Origin: Octopus sinensis
Lineage: Eukaryota
Assembly: GCF_006345805.1 (NCBI RefSeq)
Contig: NC_043000.1
Coordinates: forward strand, 67,704,001 to 67,768,000
Length of the DNA: 64,000 bases
Direction of reading: 5' to 3'
In this document: one piece after another, positions 53,010-64,000 of the stretch
Layout: each line of letters starts with the position of its first letter
Position numbering within the stretch: the first letter of the stretch is position 1
The notes under the pieces: model-generated
Seen by the model: the letters and a program-made list of their open reading frames with translations, nothing else
What the model was told of the DNA's origin: nothing
Database searches by the model: none
Translations under genes and position numbers: made by a program

Positions 53010-53261
53010 CAGACAACCGATGCAAACTTTGTGGAGTTACCACCATCATAAACAATTGTCCGAAAATGTCATCACGGTATTGTCTACCGATGAGACATGA
53101 CGTAGCTTGAACACTGTATAACGAAATCTGTCGAAAGAACAAAGAAATGAGAACCCACAGTATGGTGGAAGCCATAGCCACTCATAATAAAAAAAAAGAG
53201 TACTAGTGGAATGTCCCAATGAAAACCTCAACAAAATATAAACACAAAAGACCTAACATAA
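53010..53261 (+). mobile_element. R4/Dong-clade fragment, 5' part (interrupted by Chapaev3)
   Basis: RCKLCG...NNCPKMSSRYCLPMRHD (CCHC knuckle region)...KHKRPNI; matches the copy at 27790-27960. Confidence 0.8.
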
Positions 53262-55392
53262 CAATGGCCAACAAATTCTAACTTTTTTCTCCTGACCTAA
53301 GTTTGAGACCCGTTTAGGGATAAAAGGGGTTCACTGAATTTTAAGATGGCAATTTTTTTTCTATCACGTCTAGCTTTTTTTCTATTGGCTGGCCCATATT
53401 GGCCCCACCCGAGGCTCCATGTTTGAAATGCTTGAATTCCCCTGACTATTTTTGTTATATATGTGGGTGTTTTACAGTACCAAGTCAAAAAAATGAACAT
53501 AAGTGACATTGTGAAAAGATCCTGCTTGACTTACTTAAAGATTAAAGTTGATCAGGATAAATCGTGGGCCTGCACAATATATGTAAACTCTATGTTGAAA
53601 ATCTACGCCAATGGACAAAGGGGACAAGAAAACAACTAACATTTGGCATTCCTATGATATAGTGGGGGCCAAAAGACCATATAAACGATTGCTACTTTTT
53701 TCTCACAAAGACTTCTGGCTTTAGCAAGAGAACGTGACAGAAAATAAGTTATCTAGATCCGGATTCAGCAATTCGTCCAGTGCTTCATTCCGATGGAATA
53801 CAAGTATCCGTTTTCAATGATCTACCTTCACTGCAAGGTGAAAGTGATATAAGTGAAGTAGATGTAAATCAAGAACATGACAGTGATTAGACTTTGTAGA
53901 AACATCAACCAAAGAGTGAGAAAACATTAACCAGGCAGAACTTAATGATTTAGTTAGAGACCTAGGATTGTCAGCAGAACTATCAGAACTGTTAGCTTCT
54001 AGGTTTAAAGAGAAAAATTTGTGACAGAAACAAACATGGCTCTTTTATCGGAACAAGGAATAAAGTCTCTTGGAATTTTTCACAACTGGAAAAGATTTTG
54101 TTTACTCTTTTCTGACGTGGCGGGATTGTTAAACGTGATGGGTGTTGAACGGTATGATCCTGGTGAACGGAAACTCTTTATAGATAGTTCTAAGAAGAGT
54201 CTAAAATGTGTATTGTTCTATAATAGAAACTTGTTTGATGCGCTTCCTATTAGTTACTCTGTACACTTAAAAGAGAATTATGATCACATAAAAGTTGTAT
54301 TAGATTTACTTAAGTATGATGAACACAAATGGGTCATATCTGTGGGTCTAAAAATGGTCAACTTTTTACTTGGCCAACAAGGAGGGTATACAATATATCC
54401 GTGTTACCTGTGTTTATGGGATAGCCAAGCGAGAGACAAACTTTGGGAACAGAAACTCTGGCCAGTTAGGAAAACTTTGACTGTTGGGGAGAAGAATATT
54501 ATATACCAATCACTTGTTGAGCGAAAGAAAATCATCTTTCCACCCCTTCATATTAAAGTAAGAGTAATGAAGTAATTTCTCAAAGCTCTTAATGTGGATG
54601 GTAACTTTCAAATTCATATGTACAACATTTCCTGGCCTAAGCTATGATAAAATAACGGCTGGTGTTTTTGATGGGCCAGAAATCAGAAAGTTAACGAAAG
54701 CCAGAATTTCTCGAGCTTGATGGCTGACATAGAAAAAAGAGCATGAGATTCATTTGTGACTGTTGTGAAAGGATTTGGGGGGAGTGAAAAATCCGCAAAC
54801 TACAAGAATTTAGTGGAGACATTAGTTGATAGTTTTCATCTTTTAGGGTGCAACATGAGCATAAAGCTTCATTTTCTCGATAGCCATCGATGAATTTCCT
54901 GTTAGTCTCGTAGATATGAGCGATGAGCATGGAGAGCGTTTTCACCAAGCAATCGAGATTATGGAAGAGAGATATCAAGGCTGATGGAACACACGTATGA
55001 CGGCAGACTACTGTTAGAATATTCAAAGAGACTGTGTAGACATGATGCTCTCGCAAGCGGAAATTTGTTCCGTGAATATAAAGGTATGTGTATGATGGTT
55101 TGTGTTCTATCTGTCATACTAGAAAATTAACAGTATGTATTTAGTAAAAGGTGATGCTATCTTACATTTCCTATTCTGTTGACATTATAACGTATGGTTT
55201 GAAGCTATAAGACTTAGTGAACTATCCTGACTAGGTAAATTATTTATACAGTACATAGTAACATAAGGGTATGCTATAGAATAAAAACCTGATGCATTTG
55301 GGAAAAATGGATGACATATTTGAAATCAGTATCTCAAAATTAACTAAAAACAACCGCAGAACCTAAGTCAGCAAAACGTGTATTGACCAGTG
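53262..55392 (+). mobile_element. Chapaev3 (CMC superfamily) DNA transposon, both ends present, transposase disrupted
   Basis: DQDKSWA.H, KDHINDCYF, LFIDSSKKSLKCVL, YPCYLCLWDS, PPLHIK, SDEHGERFHQ..MEERYQG; TIRs caatggccaaca / tattgaccagtg; TAA duplicated at 53259-53261 and 55393-55395. Confidence 0.85.
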
Positions 55393-55790
55393 TAATGATT
55401 TGGAACAAAGAAGGGAAACTGTACAGTAGTGAACATCAACTGTGGATGTTAACATAAAGCTGAAGATCAGTGAAAAAGAGAATACCTACGCTGAACTATT
55501 GAGAAATCTGCAGTATCTCTATCCAGATTACAAGTTCTGGTTTATACCTGTAATTATTGGGGCACTGGGATATGTAACACACAGCCTTAATACCAATTTT
55601 GAGAAATAAGGCTTCTCAAAACCAGCTGATTCAAAGCTGATTCGAAGACTACAGATCCAGTCCATCACTGGAACTGTAAATATCTCAAAAACTTACAAGA
55701 AGTTTATGATTTAAGTATATATGAACATGTCTAGAAATACAAGTATATGCATGAGGAGACATACATAAAACAGAACATAGAAATCTGCAC
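55393..55790 (+). mobile_element. R4/Dong-clade fragment, 3' part
   Basis: (I)MIWNKEGKL...DVNIKLKISEKENTYAELLRNLQYLYPDYKFWFIPVIIGALG; continues the 53010-53261 fragment. Confidence 0.85.
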
Positions 55791-55889
55791 GCATACATAC
55801 ATACATACATACATACATACATACATACATACATACATACATACATACATACATACATACATACATACATACATACATACATACATACA

Positions 55890-55921
<32 letters not shown>

Positions 55922-56100
55922 CATACATACATACTTATAGATACAGAAAGGAAGACAAGCAGGTAGACAGGCAGGCAGACAGGCGGACAGACAGACAGAC
56001 AGACAGACAGACAAGCAGACAGATCGATGGGGGGACAGACAGAAAGACAGATGAAAAGACCGACATACAGATAGACAGACAGATAGGAAGTTAGATATAG
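55790..56100. repeat. (CATA)n then (CAGA)n microsatellite
   Basis: Read directly from the sequence. Confidence 0.95.
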
Positions 56101-56519
56101 ACATCGATGTAAATATATGAATATAATTGTATGAATGTACATACTTTATATGCATGTGTGTGTTTGTGTGTGTGTGCGTGTTTTGTTTCTATGTATATAC
56201 ATATGCATATGTGTTTTTGTGTGTGTCTTTGTACATGTTTATATGTGTATATGAGTGCGTGTATGCACGAGGATGATACCGAAATTGAAAGGTAATCGTG
56301 ACATTTATATCAGCTGATAGGTCGCTTAAATAGTACGTGTTGGTAGAGCAAATTTTCGTCTATAGTAACTCTTCTCCCTGTTCTTCATTGCAAGCAAATT
56401 ATTGATTTCAAACAGAAATAACATGCCGTTAGTGGATTCTTGATAGAGAGGGATGCAATCAGTCCTACATCCATACAAATCTACTAGTTTCTTACAGAGA
56501 GATGACGCTATTGACAAAA

Positions 56520-56830
56520 GTAATGTACACAGACAGACGAAAATGTTTAAATAAGAGGAAAACAACATTTAAGATTGACGGCGCACTGGGAAAACATCAA
56601 CTGCGATCATTGATGCCATCCCCCAGCAACTGGACGAATTGATTCGTTTAGTAAAAGTCACAATTCTTGAGTTTTCTACACTGCTATCAAATTGCATTAC
56701 AGAAGAAGGTGCAAGACTGGGTATCGCAAAGTGTTTGCAAAGTGGGTGCATCAGCAGTTATCACTCAATTTGAAAGAGAGGAGGGTAAGAAGTCTGCTCT
56801 GAGCTGTTAGAAACGTTTGAAGACGATCTT
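56520..56830 (+). mobile_element. mariner transposase fragment (HTH linker region)
   Basis: LGYRKVFAKWVHQQL resembles LGYRKVxARWVPxxL. Confidence 0.65.
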
Positions 56831-57744
56831 TTCCGATCTGATAACCGTATAGCAAGTCTTAATAAACCTCTATCGTCAGTGATATGACGACATGGTCATG
56901 TTGGCCGAATATGTGTGATTATTAGTTTTTCCATTAGTTAAAATTACTGTCCATATTTGAATTCTAACTTTCGTCAAAGAGACATTTTTCACGAAATGCG
57001 GTTTTTAGAATTCAGATATCAGCAGATATAAAAACCCTGATTTTGGGGAAATAAATCAGTGTTCATGTCGTCTATATGATTCTATTTTCATGAGATTTGG
57101 TTATTACGATGCCAAGTTTTTTTGTATAATTCAACAATGCTCTTTTGAATTGTTGTTTTACACTTTTTTTAGTTTACTTATGAAAGAATTAGATAATCTA
57201 ATTTTTATGTCGTAAACTCTCTACGACAGTTTCTTTTTTAAATATCTTTTTGACTTCTCTTATAAAAATGTATTGTAAATATTATTAAATCCACGTATAT
57301 AAATAAAGTTAGTATATGATTTCTTTATCTTCATATCTTCAACCTATTGATAAAACTTATTCCTGTACTTATTGAAACTGTTATTATAACGGTGAAAATG
57401 AGTGAGCTTGTTAATATTCAACATACATGCACGTTCAGCGTCCTGATGTATAACTCACCACAGCATTTACATAGTCTGAGCTAGAATTTATGTATGGTGA
57501 TTAAATACTTATAATTAAGTTATGAGTGTCTGATTTATCACCACAGATTCCTGCTAAAGAAGTATTTATATTTATCATATTTTCTAGTCGTAAGTAGCAT
57601 GTCATCATTTAACTCATCGAACACGTTATGAACAGATTAAATTATCTAATTGTTATAGGTAGCCGCCCACTGTTATAAATTGCCACTCGTTTTTTTCTCT
57701 ATACGTCGTTATAACAGGACGAAACGTAGGCGTATTTTTATTAT

Positions 57745-58010
57745 CTACAAATGATGGCTCAGTCCATGGAATGGCGTTACATGCCTTGTCCAAGGCTTAA
57801 GAAGCTCAATTTAGCGATTAGTAAAGATTTTGGGGAGGTCAAGGGTGTTATTTTCTTTGATTTCCTGGAACATAGTTGTGCTTTAAACAGCGAGCGGTAT
57901 ATTGAGATACTCAGAAATCTTTGTGTAGCAATCACGAGTAAGAAGCCGAATAAGAATCTGGAACGATTATCATTCACGATGACAATATGTAGCTCCACCC
58001 GTCTTTAGCA
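57745..58010 (+). mobile_element. mariner transposase fragment (catalytic region)
   Basis: QSMEWR..P, KGVIFFDFLE, NSERYIEILRNL, followed by an HDD/HDN-like motif; probably the same element as 56520-56830. Confidence 0.65.
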
Positions 58011-58399
58011 ACAATACCCCAACTTTCCACCACATCTACATTGAAACTTTGAATTTATACAAATCGACATTGATCAATATTACTCCAGCATATACCCTAT
58101 TCTTCTAAATAATGCCCTAATTTTCGCCAAAAAACATTCCAACCTATCTTGTGACGATATTAATATAATATTAGCAGTCCACCGCAATATCATACTGTCT
58201 GATGGGAAATCCTGGGCCCACAAGGATACGCCCAATTTTTTTGACATCCTCATGGGTCCAGTGACTTCGCCCAAGTTATGGACCTTCGAAGGCATTACCT
58301 ACTTAACGGTCCCCATGAACAAGAGGATGAGATTGGATTTAATTTGGGTTGTTTCCTCTTGTACACTAGATGACTCAAGTGCACATTTCTTATTAACAT

Positions 58400-59927
<1,528 letters not shown>

Positions 59928-59954
59928 GTATGTATGTATGTATGTATGTATGTA

Positions 59955-59994
<40 letters not shown>

Positions 59995-60025
59995 ACGAGT
60001 TATATATATGTATGTATGTATGTAT

Positions 60026-60077
<52 letters not shown>

Positions 60078-60769
60078 AGACATGTTGTATATAATGGTCA
60101 TTATGTATTTTCCTTTATTGGATCAAATTTATCTTACAGCTGTTTCCAGTAGTCATTACTGATAGGTTTACTCAATCAGTCTATTGATCAGTTAAAAAGA
60201 ATTGAACAACCTGAAAAAATTGATTCTGCTTTCGTCAGAGCCATTCCATGCTATAAAAATGCAGAACATTCAAGGAACGGTGAGTGCAGTCATCTATCAG
60301 TAACGTACCTATAATGACTACTGAAAACAGTTGTAAGCCACATTTGGTCAAATAAACGAAGAATATGTAACTTGTCTCATATATCACACTGTGTAAAAAC
60401 CAGTTTCTCTGGGGCCCAACCACAGATTTACAATATAGAATTGTGATGAAACATTACCAAAGACTCTGTCATAAGAATACTTGGAGTTCTTCACTAATCT
60501 AAACAATATTATTAGCCTGGTGTGCCGACAAAGAGTTTATGAAGTATTTTGCCTGGATCGATAACTCTTCACTATTATCTCTCTCTTACACACACACTTT
60601 CTCTCTCACACACATTCTCTCTCTCTCGCTCCACATATATATATATACGTATATATTCATATATATATATATATATAATAATATATATATATATATATAT
60701 ACATACATTATTTATTTATTTTCTTAAATCTCATATATTTTTACTGTTTTTTGTATTTATGGGCAGATG

Positions 60770-62075
60770 GGGTTCCTTAGCTATGGTAAGGACAACCCAT
60801 CAAGGAGAAAGAAAGCTCTAATATAAAACTAGGTTTGTAGATACTGACGGTCCTCTTAGTTAATGTGCGCAATTAGCATCTACTTATTCATAGGGCAGTC
60901 TAGGCTCTGTAGCTTTTGAGCAACTAGACTAGGAGAAGGCCACTCTGATCTCAAATCAGCGATCAATTTAGCATCTGACACGTGACACACTGTGCACCAG
61001 TACAGGTAAATGCTTTCTTGACGGAGAGAGTGTGCACTGTGCTGCACAAGCAATGACCACTTTAAATAAAACCATGTGCATGTAGTTCAGTAAAATGCTA
61101 TTAGCAAATATTTCCATCATGTTTTGATGGTGAGAGTGTAGCCCACCCACTACTAAATAAAAGTAAAAATCCTATAACGATGAAGGGATAGTGACAGGAA
61201 CAGGTAAAGAATGTCACTAGAAGTTCTTAGCTTGAACATTGCACACAGATAGTGAAAAGTAGATTGCTTACTCGCATCGCTCCTTGTCATTAGGTGCAAA
61301 TGACTGGACGCCTAAACCTGTATCAGAAAATTAAGCAAATTGAAAGCAGAAAACCTCTTTATTGTATCTTGGAATATGAGAACTCTTCAGGACAGCAAGA
61401 AAAATATAGAACGTATGACCACTTTGGTTGCCCATGTCTCTAAGTAAAAGAACATTGGAGTAGCAGCTCTTTCAGAAACCAGATTAGCAGACTGTGGTCA
61501 GATGTAGGAAATTGATGGTGGATACACATTTTTCTGGCTGGGTAAGCTTCAGGAAGCAAAGAAAGAAGCAGGTGTTGGGTTTGCTATTCGGAATGATCTG
61601 GTAAAATAACTTGAGTCTCTGCCTGTTGTCATTGCGCATCTGCAGCAGAAGGTCATTTGGAAGGCCACTCTTGCGCTTCAAAGACAAACTAAAAGACAAT
61701 CTGAAATGAAGCAACATTTCCTGTTTTTTACTAGAAAAACAAAACATCAGAACTCAGGACCTGGCAAAATCGACTCCAACACGGACCGGCTTCGTGGAAG
61801 CAGGAAGGCACGCTGACAAAACACGGCTCCTCTAAATGGAAACCTTGCCAGTCATTGTGGTTTTGTGGCACGAAGCAAAGCAGACCTAACCAACCGCTCA
61901 AGAAAACACAAAGTAAAAAATCCACAAGCACTCAAGCAAACTGAGTCCTCAACTTGTTCCGTTTGCCAAAAGGTTTGCAAGGCCTCAAGAGACGCGTTCG
62001 TGTCCATAGAACATGATAATGCCTTATTTTGCTGAACACTCATTTGTCGTTCACGACAAGAGAATCCAGCCATCC
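60770..62075 (+). mobile_element. RTE-clade LINE remnant (AP endonuclease start joined to C-terminus)
   Basis: SWNMRTL...AALSETRL...GYTFFWLG...AGVGFAIRN, then GRPLLRFKDKLK and CSVCQKVC; large internal deletion. Confidence 0.8.
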
Positions 62076-62117
62076 ACGTATGTGTGTGTGGGTGAGTGTG
62101 TGGGTGTATGGTGTGTA

Positions 62118-62381
62118 TTGCCTATCAGGCATTTCAGACAATAAAGTTTCCAAGTCCATCTTTCTCAAAAATGTTTCCAGGCTATCTCAACCTCATCTTT
62201 GGGATATGGGGTAACTTTGATTTCTTTGCTGCCATTTTTATAATGGGCACATTATTATTATAAAGATTCTCCCGTCAGAACGAGGGAAAAGTTTCTTTTG
62301 ATATATCTAAAAATTCTTTCGATGGCCTGATACTGTAGTTCAAAAGAAGCAACTCAATAATACACTACTCTATAAAGTTTG

Positions 62382-62418
<37 letters not shown>

Positions 62419-64000
62419 GTTTAGTATTCTTACAAATGGATCTTTTCTGTCTGGCGCTAAACTTTTGAAATTTTGAAATTAAATGAAAACTTTCAAATTC
62501 AGTATATTGATGTAATTTTTAACGTTGAGTCTTTTGATGTTATTTACTTGTTTCAGAAAAGTTTTTGAACAATGTTACAGCGGTTTAAAGTTTGATTATT
62601 TTTATCCAATCAGAAAACAAGATTTGGAAGCTAGCAATTTCTGCGTAATAACTTTGATTAAACAAATGGAAGCTATATATTATGATATCGAAAGTTGTAA
62701 GAGGTTTTTCAAAAGTTTAAATGAATGAAGTCCTGGGAAACGTTATTTAGAACAGGAAGAATCGTCAATGGATTTTTTTCTTCCGAAACATTACAAAAGG
62801 ACAAACTGTTCTACTGTAGTTCGGACCATGTAAACAATTAAAAGCGAAAAGTCAAAAACGAAAGTTTGATATACACTAGGGTTATAGTTAGAGTTTATGG
62901 TTGGGAAGTAGGGTTAAACTTAGGGCGCACAGTTAAAGTTAGAATTTAAGGTTGAGTTTCAAAGTTACAATTAGAGTTTAGGGCTAGAGTTAGGGATTAG
63001 CGTTAAAGTTTAAGGTTAGAATTAGGGTTCAGGGTTAGACTTAGTGCTTAGGCTTGGCGTTTAAGCAAATTATAAAGAGCTATTAAACTTTTTATCGATT
63101 AATTTATGGCAAAAATGAGTTTCATCTCCATAATTAACATGCACAACTACATCAACACATCAAATTTGAAATCAATTGTAACAAAATTGAAGGGATTGAA
63201 AAGTAAAAGCCAAACAGAAGAGAACCCACAAGACTTTTAAACTTTAATTAATTACCATGATAACGAAGGTGCGAATAGTCAAAAGTGCTCATATAGTTGT
63301 TCTCTTGCAAATAGTAACGTGCCTGTGTTGAATGTATCTTTGGTTCAAGGTAAGCTGTTTTTAATAAGAATTTCATGCGTTCATGAACATCATTTATGTC
63401 TATCTCCTCTCCATTATACCCTGTCAGAACTGACAAGTCATCAAACCATCTGGTGTGGAAGCCAAGTGCAATTATCCCCGTATAAAGAGCGGTTGCCGCT
63501 ACAAGACTTGGTTTATAGTAACATTTTACGCTAAGAAAGTCATCATATAGCGCTAGTTCCAATACATAGTTGGTCATACTATACAAATCGTGATGGGGTT
63601 CCAATTTGAGAATAATATGGTAATACGAAAGAAAGACATAAGGAGTAACAAAAAACGTTTTACCTCTGAAACGGTTAATAACCAAAATATATATTCTACG
63701 AAGCTCATCTATAGAAGACTCTGGGTCGACTCTGGATGTCATAGCAACAATTGCAAAACCCTCATCTGTTTTAGCATTATATATTGTGTCAAAAGCAATT
63801 TTAATACATATAGCTCCAACACATTGCAGTTTTTCGCGTGAAAACAGCGGTGACTTTTCAGAAGACAAGAATAAGTCAAATAATGTAACTGATAGGTGTA
63901 AGATATCCATAAGACCGTAGTAATAATCTACACATGATATCATCCAGTTGACCACAACCTTACGATCTTCAGGGGAAAAAATATGGCGACCTTCTCGAAA
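62118..64000. repeat. Tandem segmental duplication, unit 2
   Basis: Homologous to 50001-52509 but lacks about 0.5 kb corresponding to roughly 51030-51505. Confidence 0.9.
63248..64000 (-). CDS. Intronless, divergent cyclin A/B-fold protein, copy 2 (5' end beyond the window)
   Basis: Frame is open to the window edge (FREGRHIFSPEDRKVVVNWM...); colinear with copy 1 without indels, 151/231 identical residues by hand count; stop TAA at 63248-63250. Confidence 0.85.
   Translation of the reverse strand, partial: FREGRHIFSPEDRKVVVNWMISCVDYYYGLMDILHLSVTLFDLFLSSEKSPLFSREKLQCVGAICIKIAFDTIYNAKTDEGFAIVAMTSRVDPESSIDELRRIYILVINRFRGKTFFVTPYVFLSYYHIILKLEPHHDLYSMTNYVLELALYDDFLSVKCYYKPSLVAATALYTGIIALGFHTRWFDDLSVLTGYNGEEIDINDVHERMKFLLKTAYLEPKIHSTQARYYLQENNYMSTFDYSHLRYHGN

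Noticed and set aside
60153-60279. Stop-free plus-strand segment ending in G|gtgagt (possible isolated exon)
   Set aside because: The stronger upstream acceptors all give in-frame stops, no partner exons were found, and the peptide is not recognisable

Overview
AT-rich, microsatellite-dense animal genomic DNA; the SINE families and repeat style suggest an octopus (coleoid cephalopod), which is inference only. The window contains: (1) a spliced plus-strand GMC (glucose-methanol-choline) oxidoreductase gene. I could chain 10 coding exons (6849-36016) with canonical GT-AG sites and consistent phases, giving 568 aa from the VGGGSAG motif to the stop. The first coding exon was not found. The second active-site residue (normally His/Asn) is Lys. 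(2) Two intronless minus-strand cyclin A/B-fold genes (51691-52509, complete; 63248->64000, 5' end beyond the window) inside a diverged tandem duplication. They are about 65% identical by hand count, both ORFs are intact, and both lack the conserved CDK-contacting Lys and Glu. (3) Many decayed transposons: hAT, pogo, DD37D maT, mariner, a Chapaev3 element with TIRs and a TAA target duplication nested in an R4/Dong LINE, Helitron, Gypsy, RTE, CR1/Jockey-like, Penelope-like elements (PLEs) and several tRNA-SINE families. (4) A recurring set of foldback structures, most built from PLE termini that carry minimal hammerhead-ribozyme motifs, including a perfect spacer-less 254-bp palindrome. Most ORFs in the supplied track are microsatellite translations. 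All alignments, counts and family assignments were done by eye without database searches.
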